Assembly: GCA_031414955.1 (NCBI GenBank)
Contig: JANOQV010000100.1
Location: 1 to 37,420 of the forward strand
Direction: 5' to 3'
Length of the DNA: 37,420 nucleotides
DNA from: Pedosphaera sp.
GTDB lineage: Bacteria; Verrucomicrobiota; Verrucomicrobiia; Limisphaerales; SIBH01
In this document: piece after piece, positions 20,039 through 29,409 of the stretch
Position numbering within the stretch: the stretch's first letter is position 1
How the letters are laid out: every line of letters starts with the position of its first letter
Translations under genes and position numbers: made by a program
The notes under the pieces: model-generated
Database searches by the model: none
Seen by the model: only the letters and a program-made list of their open reading frames with translations
What the model was told of the DNA's origin: nothing

Positions 20039-20524
20039 GTGAAAATAGGCGAACAACCAGAGGTGCCGGGCAAGGTTTCTTGCCCGAAGCGAACGCGCCA
20101 AGCTTTCTCCCTGGTCGAGGTGATGTTCTCGGTGGTGATCGTGGGCATTCTCGTGATCGCCCTTTATTCGGCCCTGGCCAGCGCCATCCCGATGGTGCGC
20201 TCCTGCCAGGAGAATGAAATCGTGACCCAGATTCTGAGCGAGAAGCTGGATACCGTCCGACTCTACAATTGGAACCAAATCAATTCTCTCGGTCGCTTCA
20301 TGCCGAGCAACTTTGTCGTCGGCATTGATCCGTTGAATCCCAATAGCTCGAACTATTACACCGGCACCATCTCCGTGGTGACCGCTCCGATTTCCGAGAC
20401 CTATCGGGACAATCTGTTGCAAGTCAGCGTGAAGGTGGACTGGGTCTCCGGGTCGCGTCCGCAAAGCCAAAGCATGGTCACTTACGTAGCAAAATATGGA
20501 CTTCAAACCTACATCATGCGCTAA
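20039..20524 (+). CDS. Prepilin-type N-terminal cleavage/methylation protein (PilV-like)
   Basis: RRQAFSLVEVMFSVVIVGILVIALY class III signal peptide; start inferred. Confidence 0.85.
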   Translation: MKIGEQPEVPGKVSCPKRTRQAFSLVEVMFSVVIVGILVIALYSALASAIPMVRSCQENEIVTQILSEKLDTVRLYNWNQINSLGRFMPSNFVVGIDPLNPNSSNYYTGTISVVTAPISETYRDNLLQVSVKVDWVSGSRPQSQSMVTYVAKYGLQTYIMR

Positions 20525-21071
20525 ACGGCGCCGGGGCTTCACCATCGTGGAGTACATGCTCGCCAGCTCGATCGGGCTGATGGTCCTCACGGCGGCCTTG
20601 GTGCTCTGGGCCTACGCGAGCAAGAACACTGCCTCGCTGCTGGGCTACATGGAACTGTCCACCGCGAGCAAGAATGCGCTCAACGTGATGAGCCAGCAGA
20701 TTCGCAACGCCAAGTCCGTCTCCAGTTGTTCGCCCGAGAAACTGGTGCTGATCGTGCCAGGCGGAACGGTGGCCAGTCCCCGGACCATGACCTACTCCTT
20801 TGACCGCACCAACCAGCTGCTGCGGCAGACCTATCTGAGAACCTCGACGCAGAAGGAAACGAAGACCCTGCTGACCGGCTGCACCAATTTCGCCTTCTCC
20901 GTATTCCAACGAACGCCCCTTTCCAACAGCTTCCTCCTTAGAACCAATGGTTTTTCCACGAATGACGCGCGCGTGGTGCAGATGCAATGGACCTGCCTGC
21001 GCAAAGTCACCGGCAGTAAAAGCAGCCTGGAAAATCAAGTCTCGGCCAAAGTAGTCATTCGTAACCAATGA
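20496..21071 (+). CDS. Prepilin-type protein (PilW-like)
   Basis: RRRGFTIVEYMLASSIGLMVL; ALNVMSQQIRNA; C-terminal KVVIRN; overlaps neighbours. Confidence 0.85.
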   Translation: MDFKPTSCAKRRRGFTIVEYMLASSIGLMVLTAALVLWAYASKNTASLLGYMELSTASKNALNVMSQQIRNAKSVSSCSPEKLVLIVPGGTVASPRTMTYSFDRTNQLLRQTYLRTSTQKETKTLLTGCTNFAFSVFQRTPLSNSFLLRTNGFSTNDARVVQMQWTCLRKVTGSKSSLENQVSAKVVIRNQ

Positions 21072-22351
21072 AAACCCGCACTTCATCGAACCAACGGCGC
21101 GGCTCCGTGCTCGTGACCACACTCGTCTTGTCCCTGCTCGTGGGCCTGGTGGTGGCGGCGCTGCTCTTCGTGGCCCAACAGCAGAACTATCTCACCGCGC
21201 GCTCCCGGGTCTGGTGCTCGGAGATTCCGCTGGCCGAGGCGGGCATCGAGGAAGCCATCACCCACATCATCACCATGCCCGGAAACCTGGCGGTCAATGG
21301 CTGGACGAATTCGGGAGCAAATTTCGTCAAGACGCGCGATTTCACCAACGGCTACTTCCACACCACGATCATTCCCACCTCCGACGCCACCAACACCATC
21401 GTCTCCGTGGGCTTCGCCCGACTTCCGCTCCAAACGAACTACTCTCAACGCACGGTCATGGCCATCCTCAAGCAGAAGCAGACGGAATGGGGCTTCGTGG
21501 CCAAGCGGGACATCGTGTTGAACGGCAACACCTATGCGGATAGCTACATCTCCACTGATACGAACTGGAGCACGGGCGGCATGTACGACCCGGCCAAAAG
21601 GCGGGACAACTGCGGCATGGCCAGCGTCTCTTCGCTCGTGCCGGCCATTGCGACCGGAGCCTGCCAAATTTTCGGAAGCGCGGCCACCGGTCCCGGCGGC
21701 ACAGCGTCGGGGAACGTGGGGGATGGGGCCTGGCTCAGTGCGCACACTGGCATTCAGCCTGGTCATTTTAGCGACGATTTCAACATGGTCATCCCGGATG
21801 TGCTCTGGCCTCCCTCCAATGGCTGGGGTGGGTGGACGGGGATGCCCTTGCCGCCGAAAGACCAGACCAACACGGATGGCGTGGTGTACGAATACATTCT
21901 GCCTACGGGCGACTGGCAGTTTGAGGATTCCAGCCCCAAGGGCAACGGCTGGCTGGTCAAGGGCCAGGTCCGCATCCTCATCGACGGGGAATTCAACTCG
22001 GTTCTCAACGGTACGGCCATCACCCTGGCGACCAATTCCAGCTTGGAGCTTTACCTGAACGGAGACATGAGTCTGGGCGGTCAATGCGTGATCAATCCCA
22101 CCGGGCTGACGGGTAACTGCATGATTTACGGACTGACCAAATGCACGAGCATCAAATACACCGCCGGGGCCGCCGCCTACACCCGGATTTACGCCCCTTA
22201 TGCCTACGTGGAAATCAGCGGCAATTTCGATTTCTACGGCTCCGTGGTTTCAGACCGGATGAAATTCTCCGGCACCAGCGCCCTCCACTACGACGAATCC
22301 CTTCAAACCGGTGTCCCTGAATTCCGCGTCGTGACGTGGGAGGAGCTGTGA
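21068..22351 (+). CDS. PilX-like minor pilin/adhesin
   Basis: RRGSVLVTTLVL (no Glu5), LAEAGIEEA, C-terminal IYAP...FYGSVV...LHYDESL...VVTWEEL; ATGA overlap with upstream gene. Confidence 0.8.
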   Translation: MKTRTSSNQRRGSVLVTTLVLSLLVGLVVAALLFVAQQQNYLTARSRVWCSEIPLAEAGIEEAITHIITMPGNLAVNGWTNSGANFVKTRDFTNGYFHTTIIPTSDATNTIVSVGFARLPLQTNYSQRTVMAILKQKQTEWGFVAKRDIVLNGNTYADSYISTDTNWSTGGMYDPAKRRDNCGMASVSSLVPAIATGACQIFGSAATGPGGTASGNVGDGAWLSAHTGIQPGHFSDDFNMVIPDVLWPPSNGWGGWTGMPLPPKDQTNTDGVVYEYILPTGDWQFEDSSPKGNGWLVKGQVRILIDGEFNSVLNGTAITLATNSSLELYLNGDMSLGGQCVINPTGLTGNCMIYGLTKCTSIKYTAGAAAYTRIYAPYAYVEISGNFDFYGSVVSDRMKFSGTSALHYDESLQTGVPEFRVVTWEEL

Positions 22352-24597
22352 CCGAGGCCGAGGCCGAGGCCAGGTCCGGTGGGTGGAACAGACAGCGGCG
22401 TGGGTTGAGCCTTCGCCTGCCAGGAATGCTGATCTGCGTGATCCTGCTCTGGAGTGGCCAAGCCTTCAGCCAGAAAACCAGCGTGGCCTTCGACCCCATC
22501 GCGGAGAAGAAGTACTGGGATGAGCACCATAAGCGCCAGGCCAAACAAGCCGCCGCTGAAGTGGAATGGGAAAACGATCATCGCGACGAGGTGAAGATGA
22601 AGGTGGTGGAGATCATCCAGTCCCAGAGCGGCGTGCAATCCGAGATGATCATCGCCGAGGACGGCCCGTCCCAGTTCCAACCCGAGAAGCCTTCGCTCCT
22701 CCAGACTCATCCCGAGCAAGTCGGACTCGGCGTGATGGCCGCCCTGGTCCTGGCCTTGTTGACCCAGACCATCCTCCGCATGAAGCAGGAGGCGGAGATT
22801 CGCCAACTGTGCGGCGGCTACCTCAGCGACGGGACCGAGGTGTCGAGCTACAAACTGCCCGAATGGTTTGCTCCGGCCCCGCCGCCCAAGCCCGTGGCAG
22901 AATTTGCCGTGGAGACAAACGAGTCCGTGCTCGAAGTCGCGCCCCCGGCCCAGATGGTCGAGTACTTCGCGAAGGCTCCGGAACGGCTGGCTGGCATTCG
23001 CGCCGCGCTCAAGGAACTGGGCGCCTCCGGCTCGCTGGAAGACCGGCAGAAGACGCTGGCCCGGGCGCACGCCCTGGTCTGCGAACTCCGGAATCAGGCC
23101 ACGATCTGGGAACTGCGCCCGGCCTGGCAGATGAGTTCCTCGCTGGAATTGTTGATCAAGCGCGCCGTGGACAAGCCCAAGGACATGACGCCATCCGTGG
23201 TGCGGACCATCGCCGCCGCCGTGGATGTGTTGCATGAGGTCTGCGTGCCCGGCGTCCGACCCAACCTGCTCAACGATCCGCCGCTCAAAATCCTGGCCGT
23301 GGATGATGATCCGTTGTGCCGCCGTGCGCTTCAGTTCGCGCTGGAGAAGGCCAATCTCGCCACCGACGTGGCCGAGGACGGCGAGCAAGCCGTCGCCCTG
23401 GCCACGGCCCACATCTACGACGTGGTGTTCATGGACATCCAGATGCCCGGCATCGACGGCCTGACCGCGTGCGGACAGATTCACGAGACGAAGAAGAACC
23501 CCGACGTGCCGGTGATCTTCGTGACCGTGCAGTCCGACTTCAACACCCGCGCGCAGTTGCGCCTCAAGGGCGGCGCGGATCTGATGGCCAAGCCATTCCT
23601 TGTCTTTGAACTGACGGTGCGAGCCATGACCTTCGCCATGCGCCGTCGGCTGCAAGCTGCGGTGGTCAACCGTCGCGATGTATTTGCTCCGTTGCCGGTG
23701 ACGCCGATTCTTCAAACCGCCTCCACCACCGCCACGACCACGGAGACCGCGCGTCCGGCTCCGACCCTGGTGCCACCGGCCAGCGAGACCACCCGCACCG
23801 AGTCCAGCCCGCCCGCGACGATCAACCCGGCCGAATTGGCCGGAGATTTCTACGGCGAGTCGCCCGCGTTTCTCGCCGAGACCCGGCGGATCGTGGATGG
23901 ATTGCAAAAGCCCGGCGGCGCGACGGACTTGGAGGAACATCTCGGGTCGCTTTACCTCCGCATCCACACCCTCGCCAGCAAAGCCAGCCTGGCCAGACTG
24001 CCCATCGCCGCGCACGTCGGCACCACGCTGGAAGCGTTGCTCAAACGCCTTTATCGCAATCCAAAAACCGTCACGGCCTCCACCCTCAACACGGCCGCGA
24101 ACGCGCTGCGCCTGCTGGAAGTCCTGTGCCAGCCCGGCACCGAGGAGAAGCTGGCTGACCATGCGCCGGTGCGCATCCTCGTGGTGGACGACGAGCCGCT
24201 GGCCCGCCGCGCCGTGGTGGGCGCGCTGCAACTGGCCTTCAGGCAGCCCGAGAGCGCGGAGGACGGAACCCAAGCGGCGGTGCTGGTGGCGAAGACCCCG
24301 TACGATGTCATTTTCACCGACGCGCAGATGCCGGGGTTGGACGGATTTGAACTTTGCGGCACGATTCGCGAAAGCGCCTTGAACGCGCAAACACCGGTCG
24401 TCTTCATCACCGCCAACACGGATGTGGAAGCTCAGAGCAAGGCCACGGTCTGCGGCGGGAACGATTTCATCGGCAAGCCTTTCCTGCCCATCGAGATTAC
24501 GGTCAAGGCGCTGACTTTTGCCTGGGAAGGACGTTTGAAAAAACTGCTGCTTGCGCCGGAGCGAACTGAACCGGCCCCGGCCTTGATCGCCTCCTGA
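22348..24597 (+). CDS. Membrane-anchored response regulator with two HPt-like/REC pairs
   Basis: REC1 ILAVDDD...FMDIQMPGIDG...AKPF; REC2 ILVVDDE...FTDAQMPGLDG...GKPF; helical HPt-like domains (RIHTLASKA); hydrophobic N-terminal segments; GTGA overlap with the pilX-like stop (alternative ATG at 22426). Confidence 0.85.
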   Translation: MTEAEAEARSGGWNRQRRGLSLRLPGMLICVILLWSGQAFSQKTSVAFDPIAEKKYWDEHHKRQAKQAAAEVEWENDHRDEVKMKVVEIIQSQSGVQSEMIIAEDGPSQFQPEKPSLLQTHPEQVGLGVMAALVLALLTQTILRMKQEAEIRQLCGGYLSDGTEVSSYKLPEWFAPAPPPKPVAEFAVETNESVLEVAPPAQMVEYFAKAPERLAGIRAALKELGASGSLEDRQKTLARAHALVCELRNQATIWELRPAWQMSSSLELLIKRAVDKPKDMTPSVVRTIAAAVDVLHEVCVPGVRPNLLNDPPLKILAVDDDPLCRRALQFALEKANLATDVAEDGEQAVALATAHIYDVVFMDIQMPGIDGLTACGQIHETKKNPDVPVIFVTVQSDFNTRAQLRLKGGADLMAKPFLVFELTVRAMTFAMRRRLQAAVVNRRDVFAPLPVTPILQTASTTATTTETARPAPTLVPPASETTRTESSPPATINPAELAGDFYGESPAFLAETRRIVDGLQKPGGATDLEEHLGSLYLRIHTLASKASLARLPIAAHVGTTLEALLKRLYRNPKTVTASTLNTAANALRLLEVLCQPGTEEKLADHAPVRILVVDDEPLARRAVVGALQLAFRQPESAEDGTQAAVLVAKTPYDVIFTDAQMPGLDGFELCGTIRESALNAQTPVVFITANTDVEAQSKATVCGGNDFIGKPFLPIEITVKALTFAWEGRLKKLLLAPERTEPAPALIAS

Positions 24598-24779
24598 TCA
24601 GGCCACGTGAGACTGGCGGCAAAACCATTCCGGTCGATCCGGAATTTTCAACCCGCCGCCGGTCGCTCACGCCGAGAATCGAAGTAGTTCCTGCGCCTTC
24701 CGCCCCGGCCACGCGCGGCGGGTTGAAAACCCGCGCACCGGGGCCAGGCCACGGGCCGGGCTGAGGTTTCACTTCGGAA

Positions 24780-26342
24780 TCACTTCTTCAACAGCGCATA
24801 CTCCATCGAGTCCACCAGCGCCTGGAGACTGGCCTCGATGATGTTCTCGCTCACGCCCACCGTGCCCCACTCTCGCTTGCCGTCGGTGGACGTGATGAGC
24901 ACGCGGGTCTTGGCCGAAGTGCCGGTCGCGCCGTTGATGATGCGGACCTTGTAGTCGGTGAGTTCGATGGCCTTGAGCCTGGGGAAGAACTTGATCAGTG
25001 CGCGCCGCAACGCGCCATCAAGTGCGTTCACCGGACCGTCCCCTTCCGCTACGGTGTGCGCGGTCTCGCGGCCCACGCGCACCTTCACGGTCGCCTCGCA
25101 AACGGATTCCTTCGTGTCGCGCCGCATGGAGACGTGATAGGCGTCCACGGTGAAGAGCAGTTCCGGGTTGTGATCCATGATGCCGCGGATGAGCAGCGCG
25201 AGGGAAGCCTCAGCGGCTTCGTACTCGTGGCCCTGAGATTCGAGTTCCTTGACCCGGGCCGTAATCTCGCGGGTCTCCGGTGCATCAGGCGCCAGCTTGA
25301 ACCCCAGTTCGGCGGCCTTGAGCAGGATGTTGGTGCGGCCCGACATGTCGCTGACCAGGACGCGGCGGTGATTGCCGACCGACTCCGGACTCACATGTTC
25401 GTAGCTGCGCGAGACCCGCTCGATGGCGTGGACGTGCATGCCGCCCTTGTGGGCAAAGGCCGTCTGGCCCACCCAGGGCGCGCGCGGATCGTGACGGATG
25501 TTCGCCACCTCGTTCACGTATTCGGAAAGCTCCTTCAGCTTGGGCAGCGACTTGGGCGGCAGGCAGCGCAGCCCCATCTTCAATTGCAGGGTCGGCATGA
25601 CGCTGATCAGGTTGCAGTTGCCGGTGCGCTCGCCGATGCCGTTGATGGTGCCCTGCACCTGCGTCGCGCCGGCCTCAAGGCCGGCGATGGCGTTGGCCAC
25701 GCCGAAGCCGCAGTCATCATGGGTGTGGATGCCCACGCGGCAGTTCAACTTTGAGATGGCGAACTTGGTCGTCGCCGCGATCTCCCGCGGCAACCTTCCC
25801 CCGTTCGTGTCGCACAGGACGATGCAATCCGCGCCCGCCTTTTCCGCCGCCTGCCAGGTCGCGAGGGCGTATTCCGGCTCATCGGCAAAGCCGTCGAAGC
25901 TGTGCTCGGCATCGTAGAAGACAATCTTTCCGTGGTCCTTCAAGTAACGGATGGTGTCGCCGATCATGGCCAGGTTTTCGTCCGGCTTGGCCCGCAGCAC
26001 TTCTGTGACATGGAGCAGCCAGGTCTTGCCGACAATGGTGACGACGGGTGTCTTCGCTTCGAGGATGTTGTGCATCAACTCGTCGTTCTCGACGGCCAGG
26101 CCTTTGCGACGCGTCATGCTGAAGGCGGAGATTTGCGCGTTCTTCCACTTGCGTTTGGCCGCCTGCTTGAAGAACTCCATGTCCTTGGGATTGCTCCCCG
26201 GCCAGCCGCCCTCGATGTAGTGAATGCCGAAGGCGTCAATTTTCTCCGCAATGCGCAGTTTGTCCTGCGCGGAGAAGTTGATGCCTTCACCCTGCGCGCC
26301 GTCGCGCAGGGTCGTGTCATAGATTTCGACTGGTGGTTTCAT
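24780..26342 (-). CDS. cimA: Citramalate synthase (DRE-TIM family, LeuA-like)
   Basis: YDTTLRDGAQGEG, EGGWPGSNPKD, HTHDD, GERTGN, HKGGMH, GDGPVNALD, WGTVGVSENIIEAS; start MKPPVEIY. Confidence 0.92.
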   Translation of the reverse strand: MKPPVEIYDTTLRDGAQGEGINFSAQDKLRIAEKIDAFGIHYIEGGWPGSNPKDMEFFKQAAKRKWKNAQISAFSMTRRKGLAVENDELMHNILEAKTPVVTIVGKTWLLHVTEVLRAKPDENLAMIGDTIRYLKDHGKIVFYDAEHSFDGFADEPEYALATWQAAEKAGADCIVLCDTNGGRLPREIAATTKFAISKLNCRVGIHTHDDCGFGVANAIAGLEAGATQVQGTINGIGERTGNCNLISVMPTLQLKMGLRCLPPKSLPKLKELSEYVNEVANIRHDPRAPWVGQTAFAHKGGMHVHAIERVSRSYEHVSPESVGNHRRVLVSDMSGRTNILLKAAELGFKLAPDAPETREITARVKELESQGHEYEAAEASLALLIRGIMDHNPELLFTVDAYHVSMRRDTKESVCEATVKVRVGRETAHTVAEGDGPVNALDGALRRALIKFFPRLKAIELTDYKVRIINGATGTSAKTRVLITSTDGKREWGTVGVSENIIEASLQALVDSMEYALLKK

Positions 26343-26472
26343 TCGCTTGGCCCGCCGCAGCGGGAGCGAGATGTTTACGACAGGGTGAAAAATCATGCAA
26401 AGAGTAAAGGGGGGCGGCAGGGGTGCCGTGGTTCCTCCTGGCCCAACCCCTCCCGTTAGGCCGTGGTCCTGA

Positions 26473-27237
26473 GAGCCTGTCTGAAAAGTCACTGGTGCAG
26501 CGCAAGATGCCCGCCCCGGAGTGCGCCTGAGAAGGCGGGAAGACGGAGCGGTGAAAGTCCGCTCCTGTGCGGTGAAGAGCCGTGCAGTATCGAACCGGAA
26601 CTGCGTCGCCGTGAGGCGGGGTGGAGAGCACCGGAACGAGAACGACCAGTCCGTAACACAGACGGCCTGTGTGGGTCGTCGCCGTGAACTCGATGCGGTC
26701 GGTGTGGAGGGGCGAGCCTGCGAGTGACTGGCTTCGCCAGTCAGAGCGGGCGTAAATCCGCTGGCAGCCGGGCGATCCCTGGTCATTGCGCCGATGGTTG
26801 GAGATGGAATGGCCGGAAGTCCTCTTGAGATAATCAGGGAGACCCGTCCGTGCTGGAGGGTGCGTTGGGCCCACCGTCCGCGTGCCTGGCTGGCGGGAGT
26901 CAGAGCGTCCGTAGTAGCTGTGAAGCGGGTCACGACCGTGGAGCGAAGGGCACGCAGGAAGGTGGAGGTGCGCCGGACAGAAAAACGGACCAGAAAACCA
27001 ACGCGAGTGCCCGCGAGAGCTAGCCAGCGGTGGAATCAACCGGGTGCCATTGGCCTGGGTGATACCGAACGTCGGCCCGACGGACTTGGGGACGAGGCGA
27101 AGAGCCGCTCCCTCTCGCAGGAGAACCCACCGACTGGAAAGCCGGATGCGGGAGACACGCCTGTCCGGTTTGGAGGGAGGGGAGCGGCTACATCCGCTCT
27201 CCCTACCCCTATCGCCTCCGAATTTTTAGACAGGCTC
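26473..27237. mobile_element. Miniature element with IS5-like terminal inverted repeats (73 bp once the intron is removed)
   Basis: Left GAGCCTGTCTGAAAAGT (26473-26489) vs right AATTTTTAGACAGGCTC (27221-27237), 15/17 match; flanked by TGA and TTA. Confidence 0.65.
26521..27212 (+). ncRNA. ORF-less group II intron (IIB-like), 692 nt
   Basis: 5' GTGCG; domain V AAGCCGGATGCGGGAGACACGCCTGTCCGGTTTG (27139-27172, AGC triad); domain VI hairpin with bulged A27205 and 3' end CCCCTAT; GGAGCGAAGGG...AGGAAGGTGGA junction motif; no RT ORF. Confidence 0.9.
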
Positions 27238-27240
27238 TTA

Positions 27241-27331
27241 GCCGGGGGACAGGGGGCAAACGAATGGGGACAAGCGAATGAGATTTAGGATTTGTCTCAT
27301 TCGTTTGACCCCATTCGTTTGACCATCTCCG
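27241..27331. repeat. Long hairpin made of tandem 14-bp units
   Basis: GGGGCAAACGAATG GGGACAAGCGAATGAGA pairs with TCTCATTCGTTTGACCCCATTCGTTTGACC. Confidence 0.75.
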
Positions 27332-27332
27332 G

Positions 27333-28436
27333 TCAGAGTTCACGAGCGCAACTGGACTGCCGGGCCGAATCGAAGCACGCCTCCATCACCTGCTGGGTCT
27401 GCAACGCCATCTTCGGCCATTGTTCGTTCAGCGCACCTGAGCGCGCTTGTGCGGCGAAGTTGCGAAAGAGGTTCGTCTCCTGCGCGCTGGAATGACTGTT
27501 GCCGTGCTCCGGCACGGTGAAGCGCCGCCAGCCGGACTCCATGTTGAAGTCGCAGCCGCGCACATTGTGGACGGTGTTGTTCACCTCAAACGTCAGTTCG
27601 CGGCCATGAAACGGTGCGACGAAATCCGCGAGCCGCAGGTAGCCTTTGCTGCCGCTGACCGTCGCGCATTGTTCGTTGGCCGTGAGGAACGAGCAGTAGA
27701 ATCCCGACGACACGCCATTCTCCCAGACCAATTCGCCGGAGAACTCCGTCGGCACTGGAACTCCGCCATTCGCTGCTGCGACCTCCTGCAAGATTCGCCC
27801 CGTCACTCTCTGGGGCATCTGCCAGTTCATCACCCAGAGCGCGAACCGGATGTTGTACCAGCCCAGATCACCGAGGCAGCCGAAGCGTTCCATTTCACTG
27901 TTCGCCCGGATGTTGCCGGTGAAAAACTCCGGCGGCGCGCAGAAGCTGAAGGAGGAAGTGATGCGTTTGATCTCGCCGACGCGCGCGCCGTCCTCCAGCA
28001 CTTCACGCATCGCCGGCAGCCGCGTGCTGTGCATGAACATCACGCCGTCGAGGAACTGGACGCGGTTTTTCCGGCACGCCTCAAGCATCTCCCGCAGATC
28101 GGACCTGCTGTTCGCGCAGGGCTTCTCGCACACGATGTGTTTGCCGGCCGCGGCCGCGCGCAGCACCCACTCCTTGCGCAGCCCCGTGGGCAATGGGATG
28201 TAAACCGCGTCCACATCCTGCGCCGCCAGCAATTCCTCGTAGCTCCCGAGCGCGCGCGGCACAGCCTCCATCGGTTCGCCCGCCTGGCAATCGGCGATGA
28301 ACTGACGGGCCTTGGCGACATCACGACTGGCGACGGCGACCAGGGTGCCGTTGCCGGAGAGGCGGATGGCTTTCCAGTTTTTCCGCGCGATCTGGGCCGT
28401 GCTGAGAATGCCCCAGCGAAGTTTATTGGCTGACAT
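27333..28436 (-). CDS. Gfo/Idh/MocA family oxidoreductase
   Basis: LRWGILSTAQIA, DAVYIPLPT, GKHIVCEKP, GCLGDLGWY. Confidence 0.92.
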   Translation of the reverse strand: MSANKLRWGILSTAQIARKNWKAIRLSGNGTLVAVASRDVAKARQFIADCQAGEPMEAVPRALGSYEELLAAQDVDAVYIPLPTGLRKEWVLRAAAAGKHIVCEKPCANSRSDLREMLEACRKNRVQFLDGVMFMHSTRLPAMREVLEDGARVGEIKRITSSFSFCAPPEFFTGNIRANSEMERFGCLGDLGWYNIRFALWVMNWQMPQRVTGRILQEVAAANGGVPVPTEFSGELVWENGVSSGFYCSFLTANEQCATVSGSKGYLRLADFVAPFHGRELTFEVNNTVHNVRGCDFNMESGWRRFTVPEHGNSHSSAQETNLFRNFAAQARSGALNEQWPKMALQTQQVMEACFDSARQSSCAREL

Positions 28437-28520
28437 GAGTGCGTGCCTTGTGCCGCAGGAAGCTTTCCAAGACAAGCGGCAAACGGGAGAAGGTGGGAAA
28501 GGCGACGCGTAGAGCGGGGA

Positions 28521-28596
28521 TGGGGTGGCCGACGGGACTCGAACCCGCAACAGCCAGCTCCACAAGCTGGGACTCTACCATTGAGCTACGACCACC
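28521..28596 (-). tRNA. tRNA-His (GTG)
   Basis: GGTGGTCGTAGCTCAATGGTAGAG...CCAGC TT GTG GA GCTGG...GGTTCGAGTCCCGTCGGCCACCCCA; G-1 pairs with C discriminator; CCA encoded. Confidence 0.96.
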
Positions 28597-28731
28597 ACCC
28601 CGGAACGCGGGCGAAAGTAGGTTTGCCGCTGCGGTGCGTCAAGCCTCCCGCACGCTCGGCGGGACGCTGGGAAGGGAAGGGCGCTCTTTCCTCCATCTTG
28701 CTTTCACCCTCCGCGCCTTTAGATTCCGCCC

Positions 28732-29409
28732 ATGCAACTGCCCGATGCGGTTCCCATCATGACGCTGCCAAGCGCGACCCTGTTCCCGCAGGCGCTCCTG
28801 CCACTCTACATTTTCGAGCCGCGCTACCGGCGCATGCTAGCCGATGCCCTCAGTTCCAACCGCATGTTCTCCGTGGCCATGCAGAAGCCCGGCCGCTCGC
28901 GCGAAACACCTTGTCCCATCGCTGGACTCGGACTGATCCGCGTTTCCGTCGATCACAACGACGGCACCTCCCACCTTATCCTCCAGGGGTTGACCCGCGT
29001 GAAACTCGCCGAGACCGTGCAATACAAACCCTATCGCGTGCAGCGCATCCAACCCCTCGCCGCCGAGGCGAGCGACAACGTGACCGTGGATGCGCTCATC
29101 GCCAAGGTCCACGAACTGGTCGAGCAACGCCTCGAACTGGCTCCGTTCCCCTCGCCCTTCCCGGCCAAGAAAGGCGCGAAGGCCGGCTCGCCGGAGCCGG
29201 CCGTCTTCACCAAGACCGAAGTGCTCAACTATCTGGGCAAGCTGCCCAGCGCGGACCAGGTCGCCGACCTCGTGACCTGCGCGCTGCTCTCCGACGCGGG
29301 CGAGCGGCAGACGATTCTCGAAACCGTCCCGGTCGAGCCACGCCTCAAGCACCTCATTCATTTTCTGATGGCCGAGATCACCCGCCGCCAAAAAACTCCC
29401 AAGCCGTGA
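28732..29409 (+). CDS. Lon peptidase substrate-binding (LON N-terminal) domain protein
   Basis: LFPQALLPLYIFEPRYRRML; ILQGLTRV; ERQTILET; no AAA+ or protease domain. Confidence 0.9.
   Translation: MQLPDAVPIMTLPSATLFPQALLPLYIFEPRYRRMLADALSSNRMFSVAMQKPGRSRETPCPIAGLGLIRVSVDHNDGTSHLILQGLTRVKLAETVQYKPYRVQRIQPLAAEASDNVTVDALIAKVHELVEQRLELAPFPSPFPAKKGAKAGSPEPAVFTKTEVLNYLGKLPSADQVADLVTCALLSDAGERQTILETVPVEPRLKHLIHFLMAEITRRQKTPKP

Noticed and set aside
26343..26933. 197-aa N-terminal extension of CimA in the ORF track
   Set aside because: It is largely the antisense of the group II intron; CimA-like sequence begins at MKPPVEIY (26342)
26968..26976. Second GTGCG as a twintron 5' end
   Set aside because: Only one domain V/VI is present and too little sequence follows for domains I-III; the site fits the IEP start region
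26794..27288. 164-aa ORF inside the intron as a functional maturase/RT
   Set aside because: No YADD or other RT motifs; it reads through ribozyme domains and holds at most IEP end remnants
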